From assembly GCA_050944035.1 (NCBI GenBank), contig JBMNQH010000004.1:2995-66994 (forward strand): a stretch of 64,000 nucleotides of DNA. The letters run 5' to 3'. Below, in pieces: positions 35,432 through 44,930 of this stretch. Below the pieces are notes generated by a model. It was not told the DNA's origin. It was given only the letters and a program-made list of their open reading frames with translations, and did no database searches. Every line of letters begins with the position of its first letter. Positions within the stretch are counted from its first letter, which is position 1. This stretch comes from Oscillospiraceae bacterium. GTDB taxonomy: Bacteria; Bacillota; Clostridia; Oscillospirales; Oscillospiraceae. Made by a program: the position numbers and the translations under genes.

Positions 35432-36505
35432 ATGCATATGGCAGATGCCTTGGTAGCTCCTGCTGTTGCAGCCACCATGTATGTGGCATCGACTGTTACA
35501 GCAGGTGTGTCTGTGCGAAAGCTCAAAAAGGATGACACGGCCGAAAAACTTCCTGCAATGGCTGTTATGTCCGCACTGGTCTTTGCAGGCCAGATGATCA
35601 ATTATACAATTCCCGGTACTGGTTCCTCCGGTCACATGTGTGGTGGTATGATGCTTACCGCATTGCTTGGCCCATACGCAGGTTTTTTATCGATGATTGT
35701 CATTCTGGCAATCCAATGCCTCTTCTTTGCGGATGGGGGCTTGCTGGCTTTGGGGGCGAATATTTGGAATATGGCTTTCTACGGTTGCTTTATAGGTTAT
35801 TTCCTGATTTATCGTCCTATTATGAAAAGTAGATGGTTTGCAAAATCTGGTGTTAATGCAGCAAATCGATTGAAAATTATTCTTTCCTCTGTTCTTGGAT
35901 GTATCATTACGCTCCAGCTTGGCGCGTTTTCTGTTGTCGTTGAAACCAGCCTTTCAGGCATCACGGAACTGCCTTTTGGCATGTTCTGCGCAATTATGCA
36001 GCCGATCCATCTGGCAATCGGTCTGATTGAAGGCATCATCACTTCTGCAGTTCTACTCTTTGTCTACGAGTCGCGTCCTGAACTTTTGCCTGATATTGAA
36101 ACGGATGTTGAAGTGAAAACCAGACGTTCTCTAAAAAGTACCATTATTATTCTCGCAGTGGTTGTCGCTGTTGTAGGCGGTGGCCTGTCCCTTTTCGCAA
36201 GTAGCAATCCGGACGGTCTTGAGTGGTCCATGTTTGGTAATGAAGAAGCCGGTTATTCTACTAATATGGGACTTGATGAAGAAAACTATGGTCATGACAG
36301 CAGTGTAGCCGATAAAGCCGGAGCGATTCAGGAGAAAACGGCTTTCCTGCCGGACTATGCCTTTACAGATTCCGACAGTGCCGCCGGTACTACGGTTTCC
36401 GGACTTCTTGGCTCTGTTATGGTTGCAGTCTTGGCACTGCTGGTTTGTTTTATAGGCGGCTTTTTCCGAAAAAAGGCGAAGGCAGCAGCAAACAAAGCAA
36501 AATAA
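35432..36505 (+). CDS. cbiM: ECF-type Co/Ni transporter CbiM fused to a PDGLE-motif C-terminal extension
   Basis: 357 aa. N-terminus MHMADALV. Contains SNPDGLEWS followed by a terminal TM helix. Confidence 0.8.
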   Translation: MHMADALVAPAVAATMYVASTVTAGVSVRKLKKDDTAEKLPAMAVMSALVFAGQMINYTIPGTGSSGHMCGGMMLTALLGPYAGFLSMIVILAIQCLFFADGGLLALGANIWNMAFYGCFIGYFLIYRPIMKSRWFAKSGVNAANRLKIILSSVLGCIITLQLGAFSVVVETSLSGITELPFGMFCAIMQPIHLAIGLIEGIITSAVLLFVYESRPELLPDIETDVEVKTRRSLKSTIIILAVVVAVVGGGLSLFASSNPDGLEWSMFGNEEAGYSTNMGLDEENYGHDSSVADKAGAIQEKTAFLPDYAFTDSDSAAGTTVSGLLGSVMVAVLALLVCFIGGFFRKKAKAAANKAK

Positions 36506-36590
36506 ATTTTTCCAGGGCTTCTTTTAATAAAGGAAAATGGGCATCCGTATGGATGTCCGTTTTCGACGTTTTATGAAAGGTGTGAAATGA

Positions 36591-37391
36591 TTGAATAAGG
36601 CTTCAAAAGCATGGTCGGAACTTCAGGCTATGGACGAGTTGGCAGCCGGCAATTCACTGATTCACCGACTGCATCCACTTGTAAAACTACTGGTTACGAT
36701 TGCATATATTGCGGTGGTTGTATCCTATTCCAAATATGAGTTGTCCGGGCTTGTTATTGTGATTCTTTACCCAGTATTTATGTTTCAGGTAAGTCTCATT
36801 CCGGTACATACCTGTTTCTATAAACTGCGCTATATTCTGCCACTGGTTATGGCTGTTGGAATTGTCAACCCCTTTCTGGATACGACACCAATGTTGTATC
36901 TAGGCGGTGTGACAATCAGTGGTGGTGTAATATCTATGCTGACGCTGATGCTTAAGGGGATATTTTCTCTCATGGCTTCTTTTATTTTAATTGCGACTAC
37001 CACCATTGATGCACTGTGTGCTGCATTGCGAAAACTGCATGTGCCGGAGCTGATAGTTACACTGTTGCTTCTGACGTATCGTTATATCTCTGTGATGATA
37101 GAGCAGGTGTCTGTGATGACAGATGCTTATCATCTCCGTGCTCCAAAACAGAAAGGTATACAATTTTCTGCATGGGGTTCTTTTCTGGGCCAGCTTATGC
37201 TGCGAAGCATGGACAGGGCACAGGAATTATATCAAAGTATGAGATTACGGGGATTTCACGGTGAGTTCTACTACGCCAAAGTCAAACATTTTACCGGAAG
37301 CGATGCGGTATTTGGAATTTTATGTCTGGCATTTTTCCTGCTTAGCCGTTATGTGGATATATCCCGGTTGTTGGGAAACTTCTTTATGTGA
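36591..37391 (+). CDS. cbiQ: ECF transporter transmembrane component CbiQ
   Basis: 266 aa. TTG start 8 nt after AAGGTG. Confidence 0.8.
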   Translation: MNKASKAWSELQAMDELAAGNSLIHRLHPLVKLLVTIAYIAVVVSYSKYELSGLVIVILYPVFMFQVSLIPVHTCFYKLRYILPLVMAVGIVNPFLDTTPMLYLGGVTISGGVISMLTLMLKGIFSLMASFILIATTTIDALCAALRKLHVPELIVTLLLLTYRYISVMIEQVSVMTDAYHLRAPKQKGIQFSAWGSFLGQLMLRSMDRAQELYQSMRLRGFHGEFYYAKVKHFTGSDAVFGILCLAFFLLSRYVDISRLLGNFFM

Positions 37392-37401
37392 GGTATCATT
37401 C

Positions 37402-38130
37402 ATGATCGAATTTAATAATGTATTCTTTTCCTATGAAAACGACTTGCCGGTGCTTGAGGACATCTCGTTTACGATATCTGATGGTGAGAGCGTAGGGCTT
37501 ATCGGGGCAAACGGTGCGGGTAAATCTACGCTGATGAAGCTGTTGTTGGGCTTGCTGTTTCCAAATAAGGGAGAAATCTGTCTGGACGGTCTTGCGGTCA
37601 GTAAACAGAGCTTGCCGGAAATACGTCGCAAATTGGGCTTTGTATTGCAGGACTCGGATAACCAGATGTTTATGCCGACAGTGTACGAGGACATGATGTT
37701 TGCACCGTTAAACTATGGTATGTCTCATGAAGAGGCAGAAGTGCGGGTCGATGCAGTATTGGAACAGCTGGGTCTGACAAAGCTGAAAAACAAGTACAAT
37801 CATAAAATCTCTGGCGGGGAAAAGCGTATGGCTGCAATTGCCACTATTCTTGCCATGCAGCCAGAAGTAATGTTAATGGACGAACCATCGATTGCATTAG
37901 ATCCTATGAATCGCCGTACAGTGATCAATACTGTGAATACTTTACCGATGACCAAGATTATTGCATCTCACGATTTGGATATGATTCTTGATACCTGTGA
38001 ACGTGTTATACTGCTATCGCGTGGAAAGATCGTTGCTGATGGCCCAGTAAACGAGATACTTCAAAACAAAACTTTACTGGAGCAAAACCGCATGGAGCTG
38101 CCGTTTTGTCTGTCTGGTCCAAGAAAATAA
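37402..38130 (+). CDS. cbiO: ECF transporter ATPase CbiO
   Basis: 242 aa from MIEFNNVFFSY. Contains GANGAGKST, LSGGEKRM and LLMDEP. Confidence 0.88.
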   Translation: MIEFNNVFFSYENDLPVLEDISFTISDGESVGLIGANGAGKSTLMKLLLGLLFPNKGEICLDGLAVSKQSLPEIRRKLGFVLQDSDNQMFMPTVYEDMMFAPLNYGMSHEEAEVRVDAVLEQLGLTKLKNKYNHKISGGEKRMAAIATILAMQPEVMLMDEPSIALDPMNRRTVINTVNTLPMTKIIASHDLDMILDTCERVILLSRGKIVADGPVNEILQNKTLLEQNRMELPFCLSGPRK

Positions 38131-38195
38131 GTACAGATTTTATAACCAAAAGTCAGGAAGAACTTTTAAGAGTCGAAAAAATAATAAACCAAATA

Positions 38196-38232
38196 AAAAG
38201 AACGCCAGTTTTTATTGAACTGGCGTTCTTTT
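38196..38232. terminator. Bidirectional terminator between cbiO and arsC
   Basis: AAAAGAACGCCAGTT-tttattg-AACTGGCGTTCTTTT. Confidence 0.8.
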
Positions 38233-38629
38233 ACTGTGCTAGTATCTGACGCAAGGTATGGATGCGCTGTTCAATCAATTGAGCGGTCTGAACAAATACC
38301 GCATCACCGCTTCCTGTTGGATCTTCGATCCCCCAATCCTCCCGGTAGCTACAGAGGAGCGTTGGACATTGGACATCGCAGCCCATTGTGATGACAACAT
38401 CGACAGGCGGAAGTTCCGACAACAACTTGGAATACTGTGTTTTCTCCATGTCAATGCTGTATAATTGTTTTACAATGCGGACAGCATCCTGATTGATCTG
38501 TGGCTTTGTCTCTGTTCCTGCAGAATAGCTTTCAAATACATCAGAAGCAAAATGTTTTCCCAAGGCTTCTGCCATTTGGCTTCGACAGGAATTATGGACG
38601 CAGATAAATGCGACTTTTGGTTTTCTCAT
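38231..38629 (-). CDS. arsC: Arsenate reductase, LMW-PTPase / thioredoxin-coupled type
   Basis: 132 aa. CVHNSCRS P-loop plus downstream Cys residues. Confidence 0.88.
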   Translation of the reverse strand: MRKPKVAFICVHNSCRSQMAEALGKHFASDVFESYSAGTETKPQINQDAVRIVKQLYSIDMEKTQYSKLLSELPPVDVVITMGCDVQCPTLLCSYREDWGIEDPTGSGDAVFVQTAQLIEQRIHTLRQILAQ

Positions 38630-38967
38630 ACTTCTTTGGTATATATTTTTTTGAGAATGCTGAGTACCTCATCCTTTTTCAGTACCTTGCCATAGGATAC
38701 AACTTTGCCGTTTATGGCCAGTGCCGGGGTACTCATGACGCCATACGTGGCAATCTGTGCAAAGTCTTTCACATGCTCGATTGCGATGTCCATGCCAAGT
38801 TCGTTCAGTGCATCGTGTACGGCTGCTTCTAAGGCATTGCATTTTGCACAGCCGCCTCCCAGAACCTGGATACCAGAGGTGGTTTTTTCAAGTTCTGCCT
38901 GTTCCGGCTTTGCCGGTTCAAAACTGCCGCTGCAACAACAGGCTGGCTTCTTTTTAAATAGACTCAT
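38626..38967 (-). CDS. Thioredoxin-fold protein (redox-active disulfide protein 2-like) with Cys-rich N-terminal extension
   Basis: 113 aa. CAKC redox motif and N-terminal KPACCCSG. Confidence 0.7.
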   Translation of the reverse strand: MSLFKKKPACCCSGSFEPAKPEQAELEKTTSGIQVLGGGCAKCNALEAAVHDALNELGMDIAIEHVKDFAQIATYGVMSTPALAINGKVVSYGKVLKKDEVLSILKKIYTKEV

Positions 38968-38978
38968 AATAATCCTCC

Positions 38979-39986
38979 CTATATCAGTACAAATTGAAAA
39001 ATGTTAAACAGATATCCGACAATGATGATGCCGACTGTACATATACCGATGAACAGCCCAAGCAGTTTGGGTTTTATTGCTTTCCGCAGCATAATAATAG
39101 ATGGCAGTGAAAGGGTGGTAACCGCCATCATGAAGCTGAGGATAGTACCCAGCTGTGCACCCTTATACAGCAACGCTTCTGCAATCGGAATGGTTCCAAA
39201 AATATCGGCATACATGGGAATTCCCAAGAGCGTTGCGAGAATTACACCGAAGGGGTTGTTGCTGCCAAGCACGGATGCAATCCAGCTTTCCGGAATCCAG
39301 TTATGTATAACAGCGCCGATCCCTACACCGATTAGAATATATGGAAACACTTTTTTAAATGTGGAAAGCGTCTGTTCCTTTGCATAGGAGAGCCTTTCTC
39401 TTTGCGTCAGTGTCGGCGAGTCAATATCCACCGCTCTGGCATTGCGGATGAACTCCTCTACGTGGGATTCCATATGCAGTTTCTCGATCAATATTCCGCC
39501 GATAACCGCAATGATCAGACCCAATATTACATAGATCAGCGCAATTTTTGTTCCGAAAATGCTTGTTAGAAGAATTAAGCTTCCCAGATCCACCATGGGC
39601 GAAGAAATCAGGAAGGAAAAGGTTACTCCCAGCGGTAGCCCTGCGCTGGTAAATCCGATGAAGAGTGGAATGGAGGAGCAGGAGCAAAATGGGGTTACCG
39701 TACCCAGCAAAGCCGCTATGCAGTTTGCTCCGACGCCATGAAAACGTCCCATGATTTTCTTGCTTCGTTCCGGTGGAAAGTAACTTTGAATGTATGAAAT
39801 CAGGAAAATCAAAACGCACAGCAGCATGGTGATTTTCAAAACATCATACAGAAAAAACTGGATACTGCCGCCAAGCCGTGTGGAGCAATCCAGTCCCAAA
39901 GTGGTCAGCAGACTACCAATCAGCGCATTGAGCCAGCGCATACCCAGAATTTGTGTCTGAATGAACGCCCAGATCATAGACAGCAC
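38979..39986 (-). CDS. Permease of the ArsP/UPF0718 type
   Basis: 335-aa polytopic protein. TPFCSCSSIP motif. Located in an ArsR-controlled operon. Confidence 0.7.
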   Translation of the reverse strand: MLSMIWAFIQTQILGMRWLNALIGSLLTTLGLDCSTRLGGSIQFFLYDVLKITMLLCVLIFLISYIQSYFPPERSKKIMGRFHGVGANCIAALLGTVTPFCSCSSIPLFIGFTSAGLPLGVTFSFLISSPMVDLGSLILLTSIFGTKIALIYVILGLIIAVIGGILIEKLHMESHVEEFIRNARAVDIDSPTLTQRERLSYAKEQTLSTFKKVFPYILIGVGIGAVIHNWIPESWIASVLGSNNPFGVILATLLGIPMYADIFGTIPIAEALLYKGAQLGTILSFMMAVTTLSLPSIIMLRKAIKPKLLGLFIGICTVGIIIVGYLFNIFQFVLI

Positions 39987-40273
39987 CCATCCACAGCGTT
40001 TCTACAACAGGATAACCCGTCAATGAATTCTTTGAAAAGGGAAAGCGTTTCACAATTGAGGGAATAGTGGTTCCATTTTCCTTCCCGTCGTACGTCCACA
40101 AGGCCGCACTCACAGAGAATTTTCATGTGGTGTGAAAGGGTTGGTTGCGTGATCTCAAACCGTTCCAGTAATTTGCAGGCACATTTCTCGCCGTCCGACA
40201 GCATCTGTACAATTTGCAGACGGTTGCTGTCACTCAAAGCTTTGCAGATAAAAGATATGTCGATGGGATTCAT
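39974..40273 (-). CDS. arsR: ArsR/SmtB-family metalloregulator
   Basis: 99 aa from the ATG behind GAGGTG. Contains CACKLLERFEITQPTLSHHMKIL. Confidence 0.88.
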   Translation of the reverse strand: MNPIDISFICKALSDSNRLQIVQMLSDGEKCACKLLERFEITQPTLSHHMKILCECGLVDVRREGKWNHYSLNCETLSLFKEFIDGLSCCRNAVDGCCL

Positions 40274-40286
40274 AAGCACACCTCAC

Positions 40287-40336
40287 ATAGATGATTATCA
40301 ATGTGTATTTTAACGCTCATATAGATGATTGTCAAT
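40287..40336. promoter_or_regulatory. Two direct copies of a 16-nt putative ArsR operator
   Basis: ATAGATGATTATCAAT (40287-40302) and ATAGATGATTGTCAAT (40321-40336), each with a TGATnnTCA core. Confidence 0.5.
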
Positions 40337-40406
40337 ATATTTCACTAAAATATATCTCCGGTTTTCATTTCTGATTGCCGGAGAATGGGAGAGTTTTGTA
40401 GAAAAT

Positions 40407-40445
40407 GGAAAATAAAAAGCACACTTCTATTTTGAAGTGTGCTTT
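40407..40445 (-). terminator. Terminator of tRNA-Gln copy 2
   Basis: AAAGCACACTTC-tatttt-GAAGTGTGCTTT, with a U-tract on the minus strand. Confidence 0.75.
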
Positions 40446-40447
40446 CT

Positions 40448-40521
40448 TGGCAGCGGGTGAAGGATTCGAACCCTCACAAACGGAGTCAGAGTCCGGTGTG
40501 CTACCATTACACAAACCCGCT
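40448..40521 (-). tRNA. tRNA-Gln (anticodon CUG), copy 2
   Basis: All 74 nt identical to 32047-32120. Identity continues 2 nt further. Confidence 0.85.
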
Positions 40522-40534
40522 AAGGACAAGGCTT

Positions 40535-40562
40535 ATTATACACGACAATTCAAATTTGTCAA
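40535..40562 (-). promoter_or_regulatory. Consensus promoter of tRNA-Gln copy 2
   Basis: On the minus strand: TTGACA, 16-nt spacer, TATAAT. Confidence 0.7.
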
Positions 40563-40657
40563 GCATGTTTTTCCAAAATGGAACGATGTATTTCCATAGT
40601 ACAGATCACCGCAGTGAAATCGATGTCGGTGATCTGTTGTGATCGGAACTGTACAAA

Positions 40658-40900
40658 CTACTTATTTAAATAACTGAGCAGCAGTTCCTGCAACAATTCA
40701 TCGCGATCGAGTCGGCAGATCAGGCTGCGTGCATTATTATAGTTTGTAATATAGGTTGGATCTTCCGAGAGAATATACCCAACAAGCTGATTGATCGGAT
40801 TGTACCCCTTAAGCATGAGGGAGTTATAGACGGAAGAAAGAATTTCCCGCATCTCAGTTCTGTTTCCTATGGCCGTAAATTTTCTGGTTGCATCTTCCAT
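40658..40900 (-). CDS. ireB: IreB-family regulatory phosphoprotein (UPF0297)
   Basis: 80 aa from the ATG 8 nt after GAAGGAGGG. Contains [19 protein letters not shown]. Confidence 0.8.
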   Translation of the reverse strand: MEDATRKFTAIGNRTEMREILSSVYNSLMLKGYNPINQLVGYILSEDPTYITNYNNARSLICRLDRDELLQELLLSYLNK

Positions 40901-41105
40901 GGCCTTACCCTCCTTCAAAATAATAAATGTGTATCACACCGTAAAACAAAGCAGTATAATATATCATTTTTCCCGTTTTTTTCCGCCAAAGACGGAAAAA
41001 ACGGATATGGATTCGCAATATAACAACTATCTTCCTTATTATTATACCACAAAATAGACGATTGTGGGTAGCTATTTCATCATATTTTGAAAAAATATGA
41101 AAATT

Positions 41106-43487
41106 TTATCGAATTACTGCATGATAGGTGGTTTCCAATGCGGCCAAAACAGCCTGAATGGTTTCCTCGGCATGTTCATCGGTTAGGGTCATATCGTCTG
41201 CACGCAGAGTCAACGCGAAAGCGACGGATTTTTTCCCTTCGGGAATACCCTTGCCGGTATAAATATCAAATAGCTCACAACCGCGCAGATATTTTCCGCC
41301 GGCCTTGGTGATGCAGTCTGCCAGTGCAGCAACCGGAATGGTGGCGTCACAGAGCAGCGCGAGGTCACGGGTGGTAGCGGGGAAGCGGGGCAGCGGTTCG
41401 TAGACCGGTGTGCCGCCTCTGGAGGCATACAGCACCGAGAAATCAAGCTCTGCGGCATACAGCTCTGTATCAACGCCGTAGTTTGCAGCTACAGTAGGAT
41501 GAATCTGTCCAAAGACGCCGAGGAGGGTTTCTCCAATGTAAACCTTCGCACAGCGGCCGGGATGATAGGAAGCATTCTCCTGTTCTGCAATATAGGAAGC
41601 CCCTGTAATGCGCAATGCACGCAGCAGATTTTCCACAACACCTTTGAGCTTGAAGAAATCCATACCTGCACCGTAAGCACCGAGTGCCAGTACCTTCTTC
41701 TCGTCAGCCATGCCGATCTCGTTCTGGAAATAGGTTTTGCCCAGTTCATACAGTCTGGCGCTCTTATTGCGGAAGTTGTAGTTGCGGCTCAGAATCTCGA
41801 GCATGGAGGGGAGAACGGTGGTGCGCATGATGGAAGTATCTTCGCCCAATGGGTTGAGAATCTTCATAGAGTTGCGCAATTTACTGTCTGCGGGCATGGC
41901 GATTTTGTCATAATAGGCGGGGCTGATGAAGGAATACGTGATGATCTCGTCAAAGCCCATGGTGCGGCAAAGCGCGCCGATCTCACGTTCTGTATTCTGA
42001 ACATCGTTGTAACCGCCGCAGGTGGTTTCACCGCGCATCAAAGTGGAAGGAATGTTGTTATAGCCGTAGAAACGGGCAACTTCTTCTGCAATATCGGAAT
42101 AGTGTTCTACGTCGCCGCGCCAGGAGGGAACCGTAATGACATCGCCTTCGACAGTGAAGCCGAGTGTGGTGAGAATGCGGATCATTTCCTCCTTGGAGAC
42201 GTCGGTACCGAGCAGACCGTTGACTTTTTCCGGCTCCAGCTTGACAGTGGTGGGCTTGGTTTCCTTTGCAATCACGTCCACAATGCCTTCAACGACTTCG
42301 CCGCACCCGAGCAATTCAACGAGTTCGCAAGCGCGCTGTACGGCCTTCATGGTGTTCATGGGGTCCAGACCCTTTTCATAGCGGGAGGAAGCATCGGTAC
42401 GCATACCGAGCGCCATGGCGGTGCGTCGGACGGAAACACCGTTGAAGTTTGCGGATTCAAAAAGAACCATTGCAGTGTCGCCGACAATTTCGGAGTTGGC
42501 GCCGCCCATAACGCCGGCGACACAAACGGGACGATGTTCATCGCAGATGCAGAGCATATTTGGGGTCAGCTGCCGGTCGTTGCCATCCAGTGTCTGGATG
42601 GTTTCGCCTTCTTTTGCGGTACGGACGATGATGTGTCCGCCTTCCACACAGGAGAAGTCAAAAGCGTGCATCGGCTGGCCGTATTCGAGCATGACGTAGT
42701 TGGTAATGTCAACAATGTTATTGATGGGACGGACGCCGCTGTTGCGCAGACGTTCCCGCATCCAGGCAGGAGAAGGGCCGATCTTGACGTTTTTGACCAT
42801 CCGGGCAGTATAGCGCGGGCAAAGGTCTGCGTCAGCAATCTCGATTTTGACCAGTTCGTTGACATCGCCGCCGCAGCCCTTGATAACAGGCATATGCAGC
42901 TTCAGGTCTTTCCCAAAGGTCGCAGCAGTTTCACGGGCCAGTCCAATGACGGACAGACAGTCCGGACGGTTGGGAGTGATTTCAAATTCGACAACGTGGT
43001 CGTCTGCACCGATGATGGGACGGATATCATCGCCAGGCTTGATATCGGGTTCCTGCAGAATCCAGATGCCATCCTCAATGGCATAGGGATAATCGTTCAG
43101 GGTCAGACCGAGTTCCTTCAGAGAGCAGAGCATGCCGTTGGAAACCACGCCGCGGAGTTTACCTTTTTCGATTTTGATACCACCGGGCAGATGGGATTTG
43201 TGCTTGGCGACCGGAACAAGGTCACCAACCTGGACATTCTGTGCGCCGGTGACGATTTGCGTGGGTTCGTCCGCGCCGACATCCACCTGACAAATCCACA
43301 TATGATCGGAATTTTCATGGCGTGCCATTTCCAGCACCTTACCAACAACGACGTTTTGAATTTCCGAGCCAAGATCCTCGGTGATTTCCACCTTGGAACC
43401 GGAGAGAGTCATTGCCTCCGCAAAATCTTTGTCATTGATCTCTGCGACATCAACAAATTCATTCAGCCATTTTTTACTTAAATTCAT
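41106..43487 (-). CDS. pheT: Phenylalanine--tRNA ligase beta subunit
   Basis: 793 aa. tRNA-binding, B3/4, B5 and FDX-ACB domains. Confidence 0.95.
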   Translation of the reverse strand: MNLSKKWLNEFVDVAEINDKDFAEAMTLSGSKVEITEDLGSEIQNVVVGKVLEMARHENSDHMWICQVDVGADEPTQIVTGAQNVQVGDLVPVAKHKSHLPGGIKIEKGKLRGVVSNGMLCSLKELGLTLNDYPYAIEDGIWILQEPDIKPGDDIRPIIGADDHVVEFEITPNRPDCLSVIGLARETAATFGKDLKLHMPVIKGCGGDVNELVKIEIADADLCPRYTARMVKNVKIGPSPAWMRERLRNSGVRPINNIVDITNYVMLEYGQPMHAFDFSCVEGGHIIVRTAKEGETIQTLDGNDRQLTPNMLCICDEHRPVCVAGVMGGANSEIVGDTAMVLFESANFNGVSVRRTAMALGMRTDASSRYEKGLDPMNTMKAVQRACELVELLGCGEVVEGIVDVIAKETKPTTVKLEPEKVNGLLGTDVSKEEMIRILTTLGFTVEGDVITVPSWRGDVEHYSDIAEEVARFYGYNNIPSTLMRGETTCGGYNDVQNTEREIGALCRTMGFDEIITYSFISPAYYDKIAMPADSKLRNSMKILNPLGEDTSIMRTTVLPSMLEILSRNYNFRNKSARLYELGKTYFQNEIGMADEKKVLALGAYGAGMDFFKLKGVVENLLRALRITGASYIAEQENASYHPGRCAKVYIGETLLGVFGQIHPTVAANYGVDTELYAAELDFSVLYASRGGTPVYEPLPRFPATTRDLALLCDATIPVAALADCITKAGGKYLRGCELFDIYTGKGIPEGKKSVAFALTLRADDMTLTDEHAEETIQAVLAALETTYHAVIR

Positions 43488-43504
43488 GGTCTCTCTCCTT
43501 TCGA

Positions 43505-44530
43505 TTAGAACTGTTCCAGAAAACGAACATCGTTTTCAAAAATCAGACGCAGGTCGCTGATCTGGAAGCGGCGCATGGCCAAACGTTCCAGACCCATGCC
43601 AAACGCCCAGCCGGAGTAAACATTGGTATCAATGCCGCAGCCTTCCAGTACCTTGGGATGCACCATACCCGCGCCGAGTACTTCAATCCAGCCTTCGCCC
43701 TTGCAGACACGGCAGCCCTTGCCACCGCATTCATGACACTGGACGTCCATTTCGCAGGACGGCTCGGTGAAAGGGAAGTGATGGGGGCGGAAGCGGGTGA
43801 CAGTCTGTTCACCGTAGAGCTTCTTAATGACGGCGTTCAGTGTACCCTTCAGGTCGGCCATGGTAACGCCCTTGTCGATGACCATGCCTTCGACCTGATG
43901 GAACATCGGGGAGTGGGTTGCATCTACTTCATCCTTGCGGTAGACGCGACCGGGGGCGACCATGCGGATGGGCAGGGGATGGGTTTCCATTGTACGGATC
44001 TGCATCGGGGAGGTCTGGGTACGCAGCAGGATGCTGCTGTCTTCCGTAAGATAGAAGGTATCCGACCACTCGCGGGCAGGATGACCTTCGTCGGTATTCA
44101 GTTTGGTAAAGTTATAGTCGGCCTGCTCGACTTCGGGACCTTCAACGATCTCAAAACCCATGCCGATAAAGATGTCCTTAATCTCATCGAGAACAACATA
44201 CATCGGGTGCTTGTGGCCAATAGGCTGCTTCTCACCGGGAATCGTAACGTCGACAGTCTCCAACTTCAGTTTGGCGTCCAGAAGCTTTTTGCTCAGTGCT
44301 TCGCGGCGGGCATCCAGCGCAGCTTCCAGATCGGCACGCACGGTGTTTGCGAGCTGACCGATAACCGGACGCTCTTCAGCGGACAATTTGCCCATCTGCT
44401 TGAGAATGGCGGTCAATTCACCTTTTTTGCCGAGGTATTTGACTCTGAGTGTTTCCAGCGCTTCCATGGTTTCAGCTTCGGCGATCATGGCCATCGAAGC
44501 GTCTTTCAGCGCCTGCAGTTTGATTTTCAT
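43505..44530 (-). CDS. pheS: Phenylalanine--tRNA ligase alpha subunit
   Basis: 341 aa from MKIKLQ behind GAGGAG. Class II synthetase motifs. Confidence 0.95.
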   Translation of the reverse strand: MKIKLQALKDASMAMIAEAETMEALETLRVKYLGKKGELTAILKQMGKLSAEERPVIGQLANTVRADLEAALDARREALSKKLLDAKLKLETVDVTIPGEKQPIGHKHPMYVVLDEIKDIFIGMGFEIVEGPEVEQADYNFTKLNTDEGHPAREWSDTFYLTEDSSILLRTQTSPMQIRTMETHPLPIRMVAPGRVYRKDEVDATHSPMFHQVEGMVIDKGVTMADLKGTLNAVIKKLYGEQTVTRFRPHHFPFTEPSCEMDVQCHECGGKGCRVCKGEGWIEVLGAGMVHPKVLEGCGIDTNVYSGWAFGMGLERLAMRRFQISDLRLIFENDVRFLEQF

Positions 44531-44571
44531 GGTGACAACTCCTCTGATATGATTCAAAAAATAAATAAACA

Positions 44572-44798
44572 AAAAGAAAAAGCCCTTTCTCCCAACTCAG
44601 GGACGAAAGGACAGCCTTCCGCGGTACCACCCGCATTCGACGCAATGCGCCGCACTTGTCCGCCGATAACGCAGCGGGATGCGCCGGGGATTGGCCGGAG
44701 CTCACGGGCGAACCAAGCAGGACTTCCGCAGGATGCTCTCAGCCGGTGACATCCATTCTCTGGGCGAAAGGGACACTGCTATTTTCCCGATCATTGCA
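44572..44798 (-). promoter_or_regulatory. T-box leader (Phe specifier) of pheST
   Basis: On the minus strand: AGAGA box, GCUGAGAG, UUC in the specifier region, and T-box GGGUGGUACCGCG (44620-44632). A terminator stem plus CUUUUUCUUUUU follows. Confidence 0.85.
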
Positions 44799-44930
44799 AG
44801 TTTTATTTATACCATAAACGAATACAAAAAACAAGGGGGCGCACAAGATTTTCCATAGGACTTCCCGTTCTCATTAGAGAGCGTATCAGATAAAAACGGG
44901 AATTCTTGACAAAATATTGCCAAGGAATGG

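Noticed and set aside
36506-36590. 17-codon ORF (MGIRMDVRFRRFMKGVK) between cbiM and cbiQ as a mini CbiN.
   Set aside because: It is far too short and not hydrophobic. The PDGLE extension fused to CbiM probably covers the CbiN role.
41499-44749. Long plus-strand ORFs (660 aa and 363 aa).
   Set aside because: They are antisense shadows of pheT and pheS, and the second also runs through the T-box leader.
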